Part shown: piece by piece, positions 37,600 through 49,846 of the stretch
Layout of the letters: each line of letters begins with the position of its first letter
Position numbering within the stretch: position 1 is the stretch's first letter
NCBI GenBank assembly: GCA_028534125.1
Contig: CM052825.1
Location: forward strand, 248,001-312,000
Direction of reading: 5' to 3'
Length of the DNA stretch: 64,000 nt
Source of the DNA: Lama glama
Taxonomy: Eukaryota
Position numbers and translations under genes: made by a program
The notes under the pieces: model-generated
Database searches by the model: none
What the model was told of the DNA's origin: nothing
What the model saw: only the letters and a program-made list of their open reading frames with translations

Positions 37600-37900
37600 T
37601 CACCAGCAGCGAACAAAGCAGACTCCCCAGGCGCCGTGCCCTGTGAGGGGAGGACGCCATGGGAGGAGGGCCCGCGGGAGCTCCCAGAGGGTGGCGGTCA
37701 GAGCTGGCGGCAATTTGGATCAGGATCCATGAAAGTGGCCGTGGCCCCTGACCCTGGCGTCCCACGTCCAGGCACCTAGCCCAGGACAGTGACCCGGACG
37801 CAGACCTGCCACAGACTACAGGCCGCAGAGCAGCACAACCTGAAACAGCAAAGGTGGGGAACAACCTAAACCCCCGGTGTGGCCAGACCGTGCCTTCCTG
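37600..37900 (+). mobile_element. Highly diverged L1ME-like 3' fragment
   Basis: gctggcggcaatttggatcaggatc...cccctgaccctggcgtcccacgtccaggcacctagccc...aacagcaaaggtggggaacaacctaaa. Confidence 0.5.
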
Positions 37901-40797
37901 ACCCCTCCCCTCTGGGTGGAACCTGTGAGGACGGTCTCTGGCCGTGTGGAAGCCCCCTTGACGCGGTGATGCGTCCAGCACTCACCACGGTCTCCTCGGT
38001 GTCCGTGGGCGGGGGAGGGCTGCTTGTCCACGCCTTTCTCACCCAGTGTCCGGGTCCGTGATGCGCTGACGGTCCTCGTCTAAGAAACTCGGTCGCTTCT
38101 GTTTGAAAAGAGACTACTGGGCACCAGAAGCTGTGGCTCTGGGCTGGGGGCAGGCAGCGGCTCTGGGCCTCGGGTTCTCTCCGAGCCTCCCTGGCCCTCC
38201 TCCTCCAGGAAGCCCTCCCCCTCGTCCACACTGTCACACTTGCAGAGCCATCCCAGGGCCCGCTGAGCCTGTGACCTTCGGCAAATCATATCACAGCTCA
38301 GGCCTCAGTTTCCCAGGGGTGATGACACTTCTGTCCCAGGGCTGTTGTGGGAAGAAAACCAGAAGTGCTGTAAGACCCCCGAGAGCACGGTGGCCTCCTC
38401 CCCAGGGGCCAGGCCATCAGCCAGCCGTGTCCCCGCGCCCCTGGGAGCCGGGGTGGCGGGGGTTGCAGGTACTGATGCACACACGTCTGAGGGAGGGGCC
38501 GTCTTGTGGCTGTGCCCGTGGCCTGGCGGGCTGGCATCTGTGGGAGAGACCGGACTGGCCTGGGCTGGTTACCCCTGGGGCAGGTTCCGGGGAGGGGAAG
38601 GCTGAATCTCCCACCCGGGCCTTCCAGGACCAGGTGAGGTCTGGGGCAAAAGACTATCTTGTAAAAGAGACTTCCACACACTGGCTGGCCCTGGGGAGCG
38701 GTGGAGCAGCGGAATTCGGCTCCCCTGAGGCCAGCAGGCCAGGAGGCATGCCTAGGAAGCGGTCAGCACAGAGCTGGGCTGTGGCCGAACGCGGCTAGTG
38801 TTCTGTTGCTGGTGCCAGAGGGGGAGGCACAGGGTGGTGTCTGTGTAGACGCTATGCCTGGCATACAGCAGGTGCTCGGTAAACAGCACAGAGCACCCTC
38901 ACCCCTGTGCCCTGACGCCCTGCAACAGGAGCCCTGGGCATAGTGTGGCCGCACCTTTGGGTTGTGGGACAGCGGGCAGCCCCGCGGGGTCCCTCCGCAC
39001 CCCTGCCACCAGCTCCTGTTTACCCTGGACCATACTGAGCTCAGCCTCTCAGAGCCCTAAGCACAGCCGAGATGACGGCACACTTCCCACCCAGAGAAAT
39101 CCCAGATAACACCACCCCGCACCCCAAACCCAAGCGCTGGTGTAGCCTGGATCTGCTGGTGGGGAATTCCAGGTGTGTTTGTGAGCGACAGTGTCCGTCT
39201 CTCCCTCCAGCTCTGACAGCGCCCTGAGACGCGCTCATCCGCAGCAGACACTCACAGTGCACCTGCCGTGTGCTACGGAAGAGCCTCCTGCCAGCCCAGG
39301 AGTCACCGCCACGAATAACACGGTTTCTGCCTGCAGGGGGTTGACCTCCTCAAAGGTGGAGACGGACAAACACACAGACCAGAGGCTTCCCGGCCTGCTG
39401 GCGGCTCAGCAGCCGCAGCGGGGCGTTCTGCTCGGGGAGCGGAAAGTCAGCCCAAGGGGCTGCGCAGTGAGGTGTCTTCCTGGGAAGCCAGGGGTCGTGC
39501 TTCAGGAGGGGCCTGATCGAGGGGCCATAATCCCCTTCACTGTGCTGCTTCTTTTGGCTGGTCCCTCCTGGTGACAAGATGGCTGCCAGAACCAGCGTGG
39601 GCTTCCTCGTTCACACCCAGCCAGGTGGAAACATGGCAACATGGCAACAGCCTTCTCCCACTGCCTTCTCTAGAGGCTGAGGAAGGTCTTTCTCAGAACT
39701 GTCCTCGTCCAGAAAGGGTTAGGTGTCCACTCCTGTGTCAACACCGCTGTCATGGTCACAGGGGCTCATGATGCTAAGGCATTGGTCAGCTGTCCTGACC
39801 ACAGCCCTTGGCACAAGCGGGCACACCCCCCTCCCGTGTGCTCCTGGGAGAGGCCAAGCTGGTCTGGGCTCCCAGGGCAGGCCCTCCCTGGAAGCCCCGT
39901 CTTGACCTCTGCCGGCTCCTCTCCCGGCGGCCTTTTACACTCTGGAGTCCAGGCCTGTTCTGTCCCCTCCCCCCGACCTCAGCGAGCAGACCCCGCCTCA
40001 AGGGTGGCCAGGCCCCGTCCACGCAGACCATTCTGCAGGGGGATCTCCCCAGCCCCGTCTCACAGCCAGCTGGGCCTCAGAGCCCCATCGCTGGGCTGCA
40101 GGCACCCCAAGGGGGGGCTGGCTTCTCACTTGCATGGAGGTTTGCCCCAGAACACCTGCCCACCCAGCTCCGATCCCCTGGCCGCCCGTCGCCACCTCTG
40201 GGTTTGAGGAGGGAGCGGTCTACACACCCGCCCTGCCCACAACCCACCCGTGGGCAGACAGCCACTCCACCTGTAGGAGGCGGCCTTCCAGCCTGAGACA
40301 AAGGGTGTGGGGGAAACCAGCTTGGTCGTGCGGGCACTAAACCCCCCTGTGCTCCTTGTGCTCCGAACAGCACAGCCTGGCCCAGAGGACACCACTGCCA
40401 GGGCATCCTGAGGGGCCCCTGAGGCCAGCCGGTGAGAGTGGGCACCCCAGCCAGGCCCTGCCCGGCTGCTCAGCAGGTGTGAGGGCTGGAGAGGAGCCCC
40501 AAGTTGCCGGCCAGCCAGTGTCTGACAGGAGAATGAACCCAGGCACCCCAAGGACTCCTCTGGATCCAAGGATGAATCTAAGAAGGCTTCTAGGAGGAGG
40601 TGGCACTGGGGCAGAGCCTTGAAGGCTAGCAGCCAGCAGCAGGGCTCCCCAGGCCAGGAGTTTTCCTTCTAGCCTGGCCCCTGTCTTATCTCCCTCTCGG
40701 GGGAGCTGGATCCCAGGGACCTTCCTGAGGAGGGCAGCTCGGCCTGCTCCCCCCTCGCTGCAGAGCTTGTGTGTCACCCGTCTGGAATGCACTTTCA

Positions 40798-40915
40798 ATT
40801 CCCCGCCTCCCCCTCCCCCTCCGCTGCCTCCCCTTGCTCCTCCAGCTCCCTCTCCTCCTTCCCCCTCCCCTCCCACCCCACCCTCCCCCAGTCCCTCCTC
40901 CTCTGCCCCCTCCCG
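40798..40915. repeat. C/T-rich low-complexity tract
   Basis: Almost pure pyrimidine (CCT/CCCCT) run. Confidence 0.85.
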
Positions 40916-43319
40916 CACTGCCAACCCATCACCTCCGACCCAGCTGTGCCAAGGCAGCCGCCTGGCCCCTGGGAGAAGGTCTGGGCCTCTGCGGGACCCG
41001 CTGTCACCCGCGAGGCTGGGCGGGGAGGGCGGAGGCACCTTCCCAGTCCGGGGAGGATTTTCCTCAAGAACCTCCCCCAAATCCTCCTGGCCTGAAGGGG
41101 AGAGGTGCCTCTCAGCAGCCCCCTTAGCCAGGGCCCAGAGCAGGGCCGACCGCCCGAGGCCCACAGCGGCAGGGGTCTGGATCAACCCTGTGGAGGACCT
41201 CCCTCCCCTCCCCTCAAGTCCTCGCTCTTCACTGGGTTCCGGCTTCAGGAAGCGCTGGGCCTCCCTGGTGGCCTCCCTGCAGGAAGAGGCGACTCTGCCT
41301 GTGGTGGGGGCCCCCTGGGGCGGCGTTCTGTCCTCTCGCGCCCGCTCCCCTGGCAGCCCCTCCAGCCTCGGGCTTGGGCCACTTCTACCACCTCCCTCTC
41401 CCGGCTGTGGCCCCGACAGGGGCTGGGCGGGTGTGGCCCACAGGTGTTGGGAGCAGGACAGAGTCCAGCTAGTCCTGCGCAGCCCAGCCCCGCCCTGCCC
41501 GCCCGCCTCCCCACACACACCCCCGCCGCTCCCCAGGTGGGTTCTGTGTTCCAGCTTCTGGGGAGCTGTCCCGGGGGCGGCCAGGGACCAGCCAGGGAAG
41601 GCGGAGTCTGTTGAACGGCGGGCTACTGGTAATGTGACCTGGAGCTGTCTTCTTCACCGAGCACTGGGCTCACTGCCTGGGGCTGCTGTCTCGCCGGCCC
41701 CCCAGGACGGGGCTCGTGAGGGCAGGGCCCACTCCCCAGCATCACCTCCCAGTCGGCCCTCGGTCCCAGAGCATCCAAAACCCAAACCGCAGGGTGTGGC
41801 CACAGTCTCAGGCAAGGGGCACCAGCGGTCCACCTCCACCGGCCAGTAATCATGGGACGTCCTGGCCGCCCTCGCCCCCTTCAGATGGGCCGGGCACCAC
41901 AGGACAGCACTCGTTGGGGAGCTCCGTGAACACTGGCCAATTTGGAGAATCTACACTGGGATGATATAAATTCGTGGCGTTTTCCTGTCATGGTTTATTT
42001 AGTCTATAGAGAAAGGAACCAGGAGCCCAGGGGTTCCCATGGACGCCTGGGTTTTTCTTTCTGAAGTGTGTGAAGTCTACTGGAGCGTGTTTGGAAACAA
42101 TGATAATCCTACTAACAGCAAAGTAAGTTCTCTTCTGACTTGGGCAGTTTGGAGGAGTTGCGGGCAGTGGGGCTGGGCTCCGGCATCCTTGCCGTTACCT
42201 CTGCCTCTGATTCTCAGTGTCCCACCCTGTCTAAGGCTCCTGGGGCTCCCGAGTCAGCCGTTCAAGGCACTCTGATCCTTGCAAGGGTTTCTGTGTGGGT
42301 TTAGAGTTCATCACACATTCATTCAACAAACATTTGCGTGCCTGCTGTGCTCCAAGGGCTAGGGGAGCAGCAAGGACAAGGCCTCGGGGTAGACACATCC
42401 TGGAGGAGCTGGCCTGCCTCCACAGCAGAACCCCAAGACAGTGGGAGGGGTCTCCACCCTGACGACGCAGAGATTCAAGGCACAACGCTGTGTGCTCGGC
42501 TGACCCCAACCACAGCCTGTCTAGGTCAGGACTGAGTTCCTGGAAACTGGGAGGGGGCCATGATTTTACAAGACTGCAGATTCTTTGATGTTTCTCCCCT
42601 CAAGCGGTGGGCTCTCTGTCCCCTCCCTGAGGGCAGGGGGCCGGCGGAGGGGGCGCTGGGTGACTTGAGACACCAGGTTCCAGAGGTGGCGCCTGGTCCT
42701 GTCGGAGGACTTGCCCCCAGAGCCTCAGCACCCATGGGGTTCTGACCACCGAGGCCCCCCCGCTGCGCGGAAGCCCAGCCACGTGGAGGGGCCTCAGGTG
42801 CTGCTCCAGGGCCCGGCACTCGTCCACTGTGAGGGGACGGAGGGCCCAGTGTTGAGTGGCCTCCATCATTCAAGTCTTGACAGCCGGGGCCCCGACACCG
42901 GGGAGCCGGGAGCAGCAGGCTCGCCCACCCAGCCCCGGGCCTCCGCGTGCAGAAGCCTGGTGGTTGCCCTGTGCTTCCAGGTCTCAGGCTGACGTCACAC
43001 AGCAGTCGTGAACCACGCCAAGGGCAGGTCGTGTGTCCTGGGGACACATCTGTCCCCGCCACAAAACTGGGGGCCCTCCTCCTCAGCTCCAGGAGCAGGA
43101 GGAAGGGGTGGCGCGCAGTGCCAGCTGGCACACCCGGGAGGGGGCCCGCAGCTGCCCTGGAGGGCGGTCAGGGAGAGGAGCCGGCCAGGCCCAGCTCGAG
43201 GCAGGGGATGTGAATGCAAGGCACCGTGGCCCCCTGTCTGGGCAGCGCCAGGGCCTGGGTGGCACCCAGACGCGGTTGGGTAGTCTGTAGCAACAGCTCC
43301 AATCTCTGCCGGTTTCCTC

Positions 43320-43540
43320 CGCGCCAGGCCCCGTGCTGAGGGGCGTTACTCACATGACCCCACCTCTCAGGCACAGCTAATCCCAGGAGGCAAGTGTTAC
43401 TCGTCCCCGTCTGTGGACGGGATGGCCAAGGCCCAGGTGAAGGGACTCGCCTGACAGCACAGAGATTGTACGAAAGAGGACCAGGACTGGGGGCAAATCA
43501 GGTCGTTGTACTTCTGGGTCCGTGCTGTACCCAGCACACC
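43320..43540 (-). mobile_element. MIR SINE, GC-shifted
   Basis: ccaggccccgtgctgagg...gttactcgtccccgtctgtggacgggatggccaaggcccaggtgaagggactcgcctgacagcacag. Confidence 0.55.
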
Positions 43541-44083
43541 AGACACCAGCCCTGACGCCCCAGGGCCCAGGAGGTCAGGGGCTGCCTGGTTCCTCGTCCG
43601 GCACGTTCCTGAAACACACGCACCAGCGTGATTTCACCAACTGCCAAAGTAAAAGGAACGTTTGATCAGTGAGGTTGGTAAGGGGGCTCACAGTCTGACC
43701 TGGAAGGGATGTCTACGGTGGAATACCACGGGGCTCTGCCGAGAGGCAGACCCCACATCAGTCCAGGGTGGACCCCCTGCTGGGAGCAGCCGAGACAAAC
43801 TCAGTGGCCTTCTCTGTGGCTGAATAAATGGCCTGCATGTACATGTAAGAATCCACTGTATTCATGCCAGATCTACCTTTGTTAAGAATGCCCATGAAGA
43901 GGTTCTGAGGGCCTAGGTGGCCCCCCAAGACTGAGAGCCTAAGATGGCCTTCCTGCACTTGGAGCCCAAGTTAGAGCCAGACTAGATGAGTCCTGGAAGA
44001 GGGGAGATGCTTGGCCGCCCGGGGGTGGGGCTGGAGCAGAGAAGTGAGTCACAGATGCCCTAACTGGGTCACACCCAGGAGGC

Positions 44084-44129
<46 letters not shown>

Positions 44130-44148
44130 GTCAGAGAGGGGAGAGAGG
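44084..44148. repeat. (GA)n microsatellite
   Basis: Visible directly. Confidence 0.92.
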
Positions 44149-45519
44149 TCAGCGTGGTCGGTGGCATGAGGGCAGGCTTCCCGGCAGGGCATGGGACGAG
44201 CCGCGCTCGGACAGGGCAGACCCCAGGGATCCGTCTGGATCTGCGTCTCAGGGACCAGAGCCCCTGTGGCCTGCAGGGCCTCTGCTCACCCACACCAACT
44301 GGCCCCCACCCCGAGGGTTGCCCACAAGGCGCCCCCTCCCCCAGGCCCCAGCCAGGCAGCCGGGGGCTGGGAGGGAAGTACCGGACCTCAAAGTGAGTCA
44401 CCACCACCAGGCTGATTCAGCCACCGACGGGGTGAGGTGAGGCTGGGCCGTCCAGGGCACTGTCGGCACTGATGGCCCGGCTCGCCCAGCAGGGTGTGTG
44501 GGCCAGGACACCGTGCAGGATGCCAGGGGCCTCACTTCTCCACACTTTGGGGCTGCTTCCCTCATCTTACAGATGGGGAGCTGAGGCTGGGAGAGGCACA
44601 GGGACCCGAGGCCCGTGGTGGGCAGAGCTGGACAGGGGCCCCAGTGGGCATCTGCTGGCTTCTGTCCTCCAGATCCTCTGGCCAGAGCTCCAGATGCCAG
44701 GGAAAGGCTGCCCACCACCAGGGAGGGCCGTGAACAGAGCACAGAGCCCGCAGAGGGAATGAATGGGCACGTGGACCACGCCCGGGGCAGCCCCTCACTT
44801 TTTCTGGAATCCTCCAGCGCTCCCCATCCACTTGGCCCAGCCCCGGCCTCAGCCCCGCCTGATCCCACCCCACGTCAGTGAGGGTCTTCGGGCCCACTGG
44901 GTTCTTCCAGCTGTACTGGGGGTGAATTCCTAGGCTACTGCAGAGAGGGATGGGTGGGGTCCAGAGATGTCCAGGGGCTCGCCGAGGCCACGCAGCTAGC
45001 GGCGGAGGTCTGTGTGGGTCCAGGGGCTGGGGCAGAGAGGGGTGCTGCTTGGATGTGAGGGCTGGCTGATCCCTGGGCATCCCCTCTGCTCCCGCCTGTC
45101 CCGTCCCAGGAATGCCGCCCGCCCCGTAAAACCCATGGGGTCGTCCTGGCTGCTCACTTCACCTGCCGCCCTCGGTCCTGCGCTACCGACGGACCTTCCA
45201 CAGCATGGAGCAGACTCGCCCGGGGCCCCACATCTCCAGCAGGTCCTCTGCGCCTTCTAGTGGAACCCAGACTCCTTCCAGGGTCTCCCCCTACACTCCA
45301 CCGGCCCCAATTTCCCATACTGCTCCCAGCCTCTCCCTCCCTTTCAACAGCAAGACACAGAGGGCTCGGAGCACCCTGTGCCCAGTCCCCCACCCCTGGG
45401 ATGATGTCTCCCAGAACTCTGGTGCGGGACCTCGCCCAGGCTCCCGGGGTCTGGGTGTTGGTCCAACCGAGACGCGGGGCGTCCCCTCAAGGCAGGGCCC
45501 TCCTGCTCCCCCCACCTCC

Positions 45520-46485
45520 ACCGGAGCCCTGCTCCATTTCTGTTTGTCACTTCAAGGATGTTATGTACGCGGAGTCACACTGGGTGACCTTTTGGGGTGG
45601 GGTTTCCACTCGCATAGCTCTCTGGAGATCCACCCTGCGGTCGCTCGTCAGCAGTCGGAGCCGCTGCACGCTGAGCAGTCTCAGGGGTGTGGGGGCCGCG
45701 TGCTCGGCTGCTCGCCCACCGCAGGACGTTGGGTGCCTCTGGTTCTGTGCACAAACCCTCTGTGAGGCCCCCTGTGCGGGTTTCTGTGGGAGCCAGGCTG
45801 CGTTTCCCCAGCGCAAGCGTCTAAGCTGCAGGGGCAGCGTCCAATGGTGGCTGCAAGTTTGGTGTCAGCTTTTGCTTTTTTAAAGAATCCACTTCTAGCC
45901 AGAGTGGCCGCACCGTTTCGCACCCCCAGGGCCACGTGTGAGCCACCCTGATCCCCGCCTCCCCACCCGCACTGGGTGTTGCTGCCACGTCCTGTCTCAG
46001 GCTTTGTGATGCGTGCGGAGCCGGCTCACCGTGGCTTCGTCTCGTGTCCCGGTGCCCGTGAGTCAGCGCCTTCCTGGGGGTCGCCGCTGTCTGTGCACCT
46101 TCCTTGGGAAGGGCCGTCCGCGTCCCGGCCGGGCTGGTGACTTGCCTGCTGCTGAGGGCGCTCCACGTGCTCTGGGCACGGTCCCCTGCGGGCGTGTGGT
46201 TTGATGGCTCCTTCTCCCCTTTCCTCTTCCTTGCGGGCTGTGTAGCAGGGCAGGCGTTTTTAATTTCAGGAATTCCAATTTATCCGATTGCACTTTTATG
46301 GCTTAGGGTGTCGAGTCTCAGAACAACTCGCTTGGCCCAAGATTCTGAAGATTTTCTCCTGTGTGTTTTCCTGAAAGTTTTATGGTTTTATGTTTACGAG
46401 TAAGTCTGTGAGCCACTTTAAGTTCATTTTTGTAGAAGGTATGAGACTTTGATCAAAGTTTCTTTTCTTCTGGCCTGTGGAATCT
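45520..46485 (-). mobile_element. Old L1 (L1MC/MD-type) ORF2 end and 3' UTR, antisense
   Basis: tttttaatttcaggaattccaatttatcc...cccaagattctgaagattttctcctgtgtgttttcctgaaagttttatggtttta...aagttcatttttgtagaaggtatgag. Confidence 0.8.
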
Positions 46486-47187
46486 GGAGCCTGAATCCCG
46501 CAGACAGCCCTCCTGCAACCCTTGGCTTACTCACTTCTATTTATTATTCGAATGTTTACTGGGTCCAACTGAGTGTCCAGCCCCAAGAGGTCCTGGGACC
46601 CACAGATAAGTGAGTAAGAACCACACCTGCCCTCGTCTGGCCACACCCTGACCCCCTTCCCCAGAAGCTGCCCCGGGTGGGACGGGGTGTCCATATCAGC
46701 CCCCAGAGGAGTGAGCCTCCCAGGGACTGAGGCTGGGGGGGAGCGAGTGCCCAGCTCTGTCTGCGTGGACCCAGTCCCAGCGTCCCCTCCCGCACGGCGC
46801 CCCTGGCACCGCCCTGGGGACCGCGATGGGGCAGAACAATCCCCTGGCCTGTAGTCTCAGGAGGACACAAGCACGCTTTCACGAGCCCACAAGACCGGGT
46901 CTGTGCCGCCTGGCGCCAGAGGGAGCAGGCCCAGCGCCCAGCTGGGGAAGACGCCGCTCTGGCCACGCCCCCCACAGCGGGCAGCACGCCCTGGCTTCGT
47001 CCCACCGTGGTCCCACCGTGGTCCCCGAGCCCTCGCCGCGCAGGCAGAGGGGCCAGAGCCTGCCCTCCGAGGGGGTGCTTGCCCGGTCACTGCACCCCAG
47101 CTCAGGGAGGGGAGCCCCAAGTTCCAAGACGCACAGCGCGGGGGGCAAGCCCGCGCCCAAGTGGGCGGAGCTCAGTTCCAGTCCCAG

Positions 47188-47460
47188 TGTCTGTGTGAGT
47201 GTCCTGCGCTGCTGTAACAAAACACCCCAGACTCAGCCACTCAGAGCAGCTCAGGGTATCACCTTACCCCACGGCCTGGGGCTGGACCCTGAAACGCTCC
47301 GGGGGCTGGTTCCCTCGGGAGGCCCTGGGAGGCCCGCCTCTGCCTTCCCCGGCTCTGAGAGGCGCCGCGTTCCCTGGCCGTGGCTGTCCACCACCCTGAG
47401 CCGAGGCGTGGCTTCCTCTCTCCTCCTGGACTCTGCCTCCCTCCCTGCATCCCCTCTCCG
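47188..47460. mobile_element. MLT1 (MaLR) LTR fragment
   Basis: tgtgtgagtgtcctgcgctgctgtaacaaaacaccccagactcagccactcaga...gggctggttccctcgggaggccctggg...gcgttccctggccgtggctg. Confidence 0.7.
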
Positions 47461-47624
47461 GCCCTGGTCCCGAAGTCTGGACACGAGGGTCAGACCACAA
47501 GTGTTCCTCTTCGCCACCCTCTCCCGAGTCACCGCTTAGAACCTGCCCTCACTGCCTGGGGTGGGCCCGGGTCCTGCTTCCTTCCTCCCAGCGCTCAGCC
47601 CTGCTGCCCCCGAGGGAACCGCGA

Positions 47625-48070
47625 ACTCGTCATAGTCAGGGCCGTGAGGGAGGCTTACAACCCAAGGGTCCTTCGACATCGACGGGTGGACGGATAAAGA
47701 AGAGGGTCCATCCACACACCGGACTCTGATTCAGCCGCGAAAAGGAGGGAGACTCTGACGCCTGCTGCAGCGTGGACGGACGTCGAGGACACGGTGCTCA
47801 GTGACATAAGCCAGACAGGCACAGAGGGACAGACACCGTGTGACCGCCCTTCTGTGAGTCCCTGGAGGAGTCAGTCACAGAGACAGGAAGCAGGGGGCGG
47901 GGCCGGGGGCTGGGGGAGCGGGAGACCATATTTACCGGGACAGTCAGTTTGAGGCGATGTGGGGGTGAGGGTGCACAACAGCGTGAATGTGACCGACACC
48001 ACTGAGCTGTGCGCTTAGAAACGGTCAGGATCACAAGTTTATGTGTGGATTATTTTACATCACTAAATCC
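47625..48070 (+). mobile_element. L1MA/MB-type 3' UTR end
   Basis: caacccaag...ggataaag...attcagccgcgaaaagga...gctcagtgacataagccagac...gcacaacagcgtgaatgt...cactgagctgtgcgcttagaaacggtcagga...tattttacatcac. Confidence 0.85.
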
Positions 48071-48114
48071 AAAAGGAGAAAACCTGCTAGTAAATATCTC
48101 AGACCAAAACCCCG

Positions 48115-49230
48115 AGTTCGCTCATTGCACGTTTAATAGCACATGCAGCGTTCAGAACATTGTGATAAACGGGGCGGGGCTGACAAGTCACAGAAGCATC
48201 ATGGGTGAAGGCAGGCTGGCCAGGGGCACCGCAAACCGGCAGCCTCTCTGGATGTGTACGGGCAGGCTAGAGGCGCCATTTCCTTCGCACGTCAGGTCCC
48301 CGGAAGTCTCACGAGGCACCGACCCCAGGCCTCTCCAGCTCACGTTAGGGTGGGACGGAAGATGCTGTCAAGGGGCATTCAGTCGGTTGACGACATAGCC
48401 GTGTGGGGCCCAGGGCAGCTGGACTCACCCTGTTCAGCAGGAGGTGTATCTGCTGAAAAGCGACTCCCAGGGCCCTGGTTCTGACCACTTTATCCAGGAT
48501 ATGTTTTAGCAAATCTCTCCACTTCCTCCCAGGGCCTCCAAGAAGCCGCTGTACAAAGAAGGGGATGGCAGTGCTGTCTGGGGACACCCCCACTTGGAGA
48601 GAACAGGTCTCACTGCACCCCGGAAAGTCCCGAACTCTCATGGGGTTTCCCTCCCTCCCTGGGCGTCTCTGTCCTGACTCGGGTGTAAGGGTCAGAGCTC
48701 CCAGCTCTCCAGGAAAGGTGAGGACCGAGCCCACTCCCCGAAACGTTCCATGGGAGCCTGGAGCCACCTTCCTCTGAGGCCAGGACTGGCTTCCCCCAAC
48801 CCTGGCGTCTTGGGAGGACCCTCTGGGGGGCAAGTGTTTGAGGGAGGGGCCTGGATCCTCTCTTTCTAGCCTCAACTTCTCACCCAAACTTCTCAAGGGT
48901 GCCTGCGGGGTCCCCCTGGGATGTCATCATCCCGCACTCGGCTGCAGAACAGGCGGCCTCACGTCCCCAAGCCCGGGCACTGAGCAGTTCCTGGCCAGAC
49001 TGGACCGCACAGCCGGTCCCCTGGGGGTGGGCATCCCCCTGCATCTCCCGAGGACCTGGGGAGCAGGGTGGGTCCCCCAGGACAAGCCTGTGGCAGATGG
49101 AGGGGGGCACAGGGGAGGGTGGCTGCACCTCCTGGCCTGGCCTTCCAGGGCACAAGGTGATCTTTATCCGAAGTGAGCTGGAGGCGGGGTAGCCAGGCGC
49201 AGTGCTGGGCGCGCGGGTGGGCAAGCGGGC
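48115..49230 (-). other. PRKAR1B: PRKAR1B 3' UTR (about 1.1 kb; end inferred)
   Basis: Runs from the stop codon to an ATTAAA signal. Confidence 0.7.
48132..48137 (-). terminator. ATTAAA polyadenylation signal candidate for PRKAR1B
   Basis: Minus strand gcatgtgctATTAAAcgtgcaatgag followed by a G/T-rich stretch (ggggttttggtct). Confidence 0.65.
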
Positions 49231-49422
<192 letters not shown>

Positions 49423-49609
49423 TCAGGGCCCGGCCTCGGGGAGGCTGCAGATTGAGGGACGAGGCCAGGCCCTGGGACGCTTGGCCGCCTCTGAGCGCGC
49501 ATGCCCAGGGGCCCCGGGACATACGCAGGCTAACAGGCGCTCCCTGTTCACCTGAAACTCAAACACAGCTGGGCCCGCCCGCCCCGGTCAGCCCACGCCC
49601 AGGACCTCA

Positions 49610-49846
<237 letters not shown>

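Noticed and set aside
40337-41849. 393-aa and 360-aa overlapping antisense ORFs (Gly-rich and Pro-rich)
   Set aside because: Driven by the low-complexity C/T tract.
48435-48455. Small hairpin CAGCAG-9 nt-CTGCTG in the PRKAR1B 3' UTR
   Set aside because: A 6-bp stem is expected by chance.
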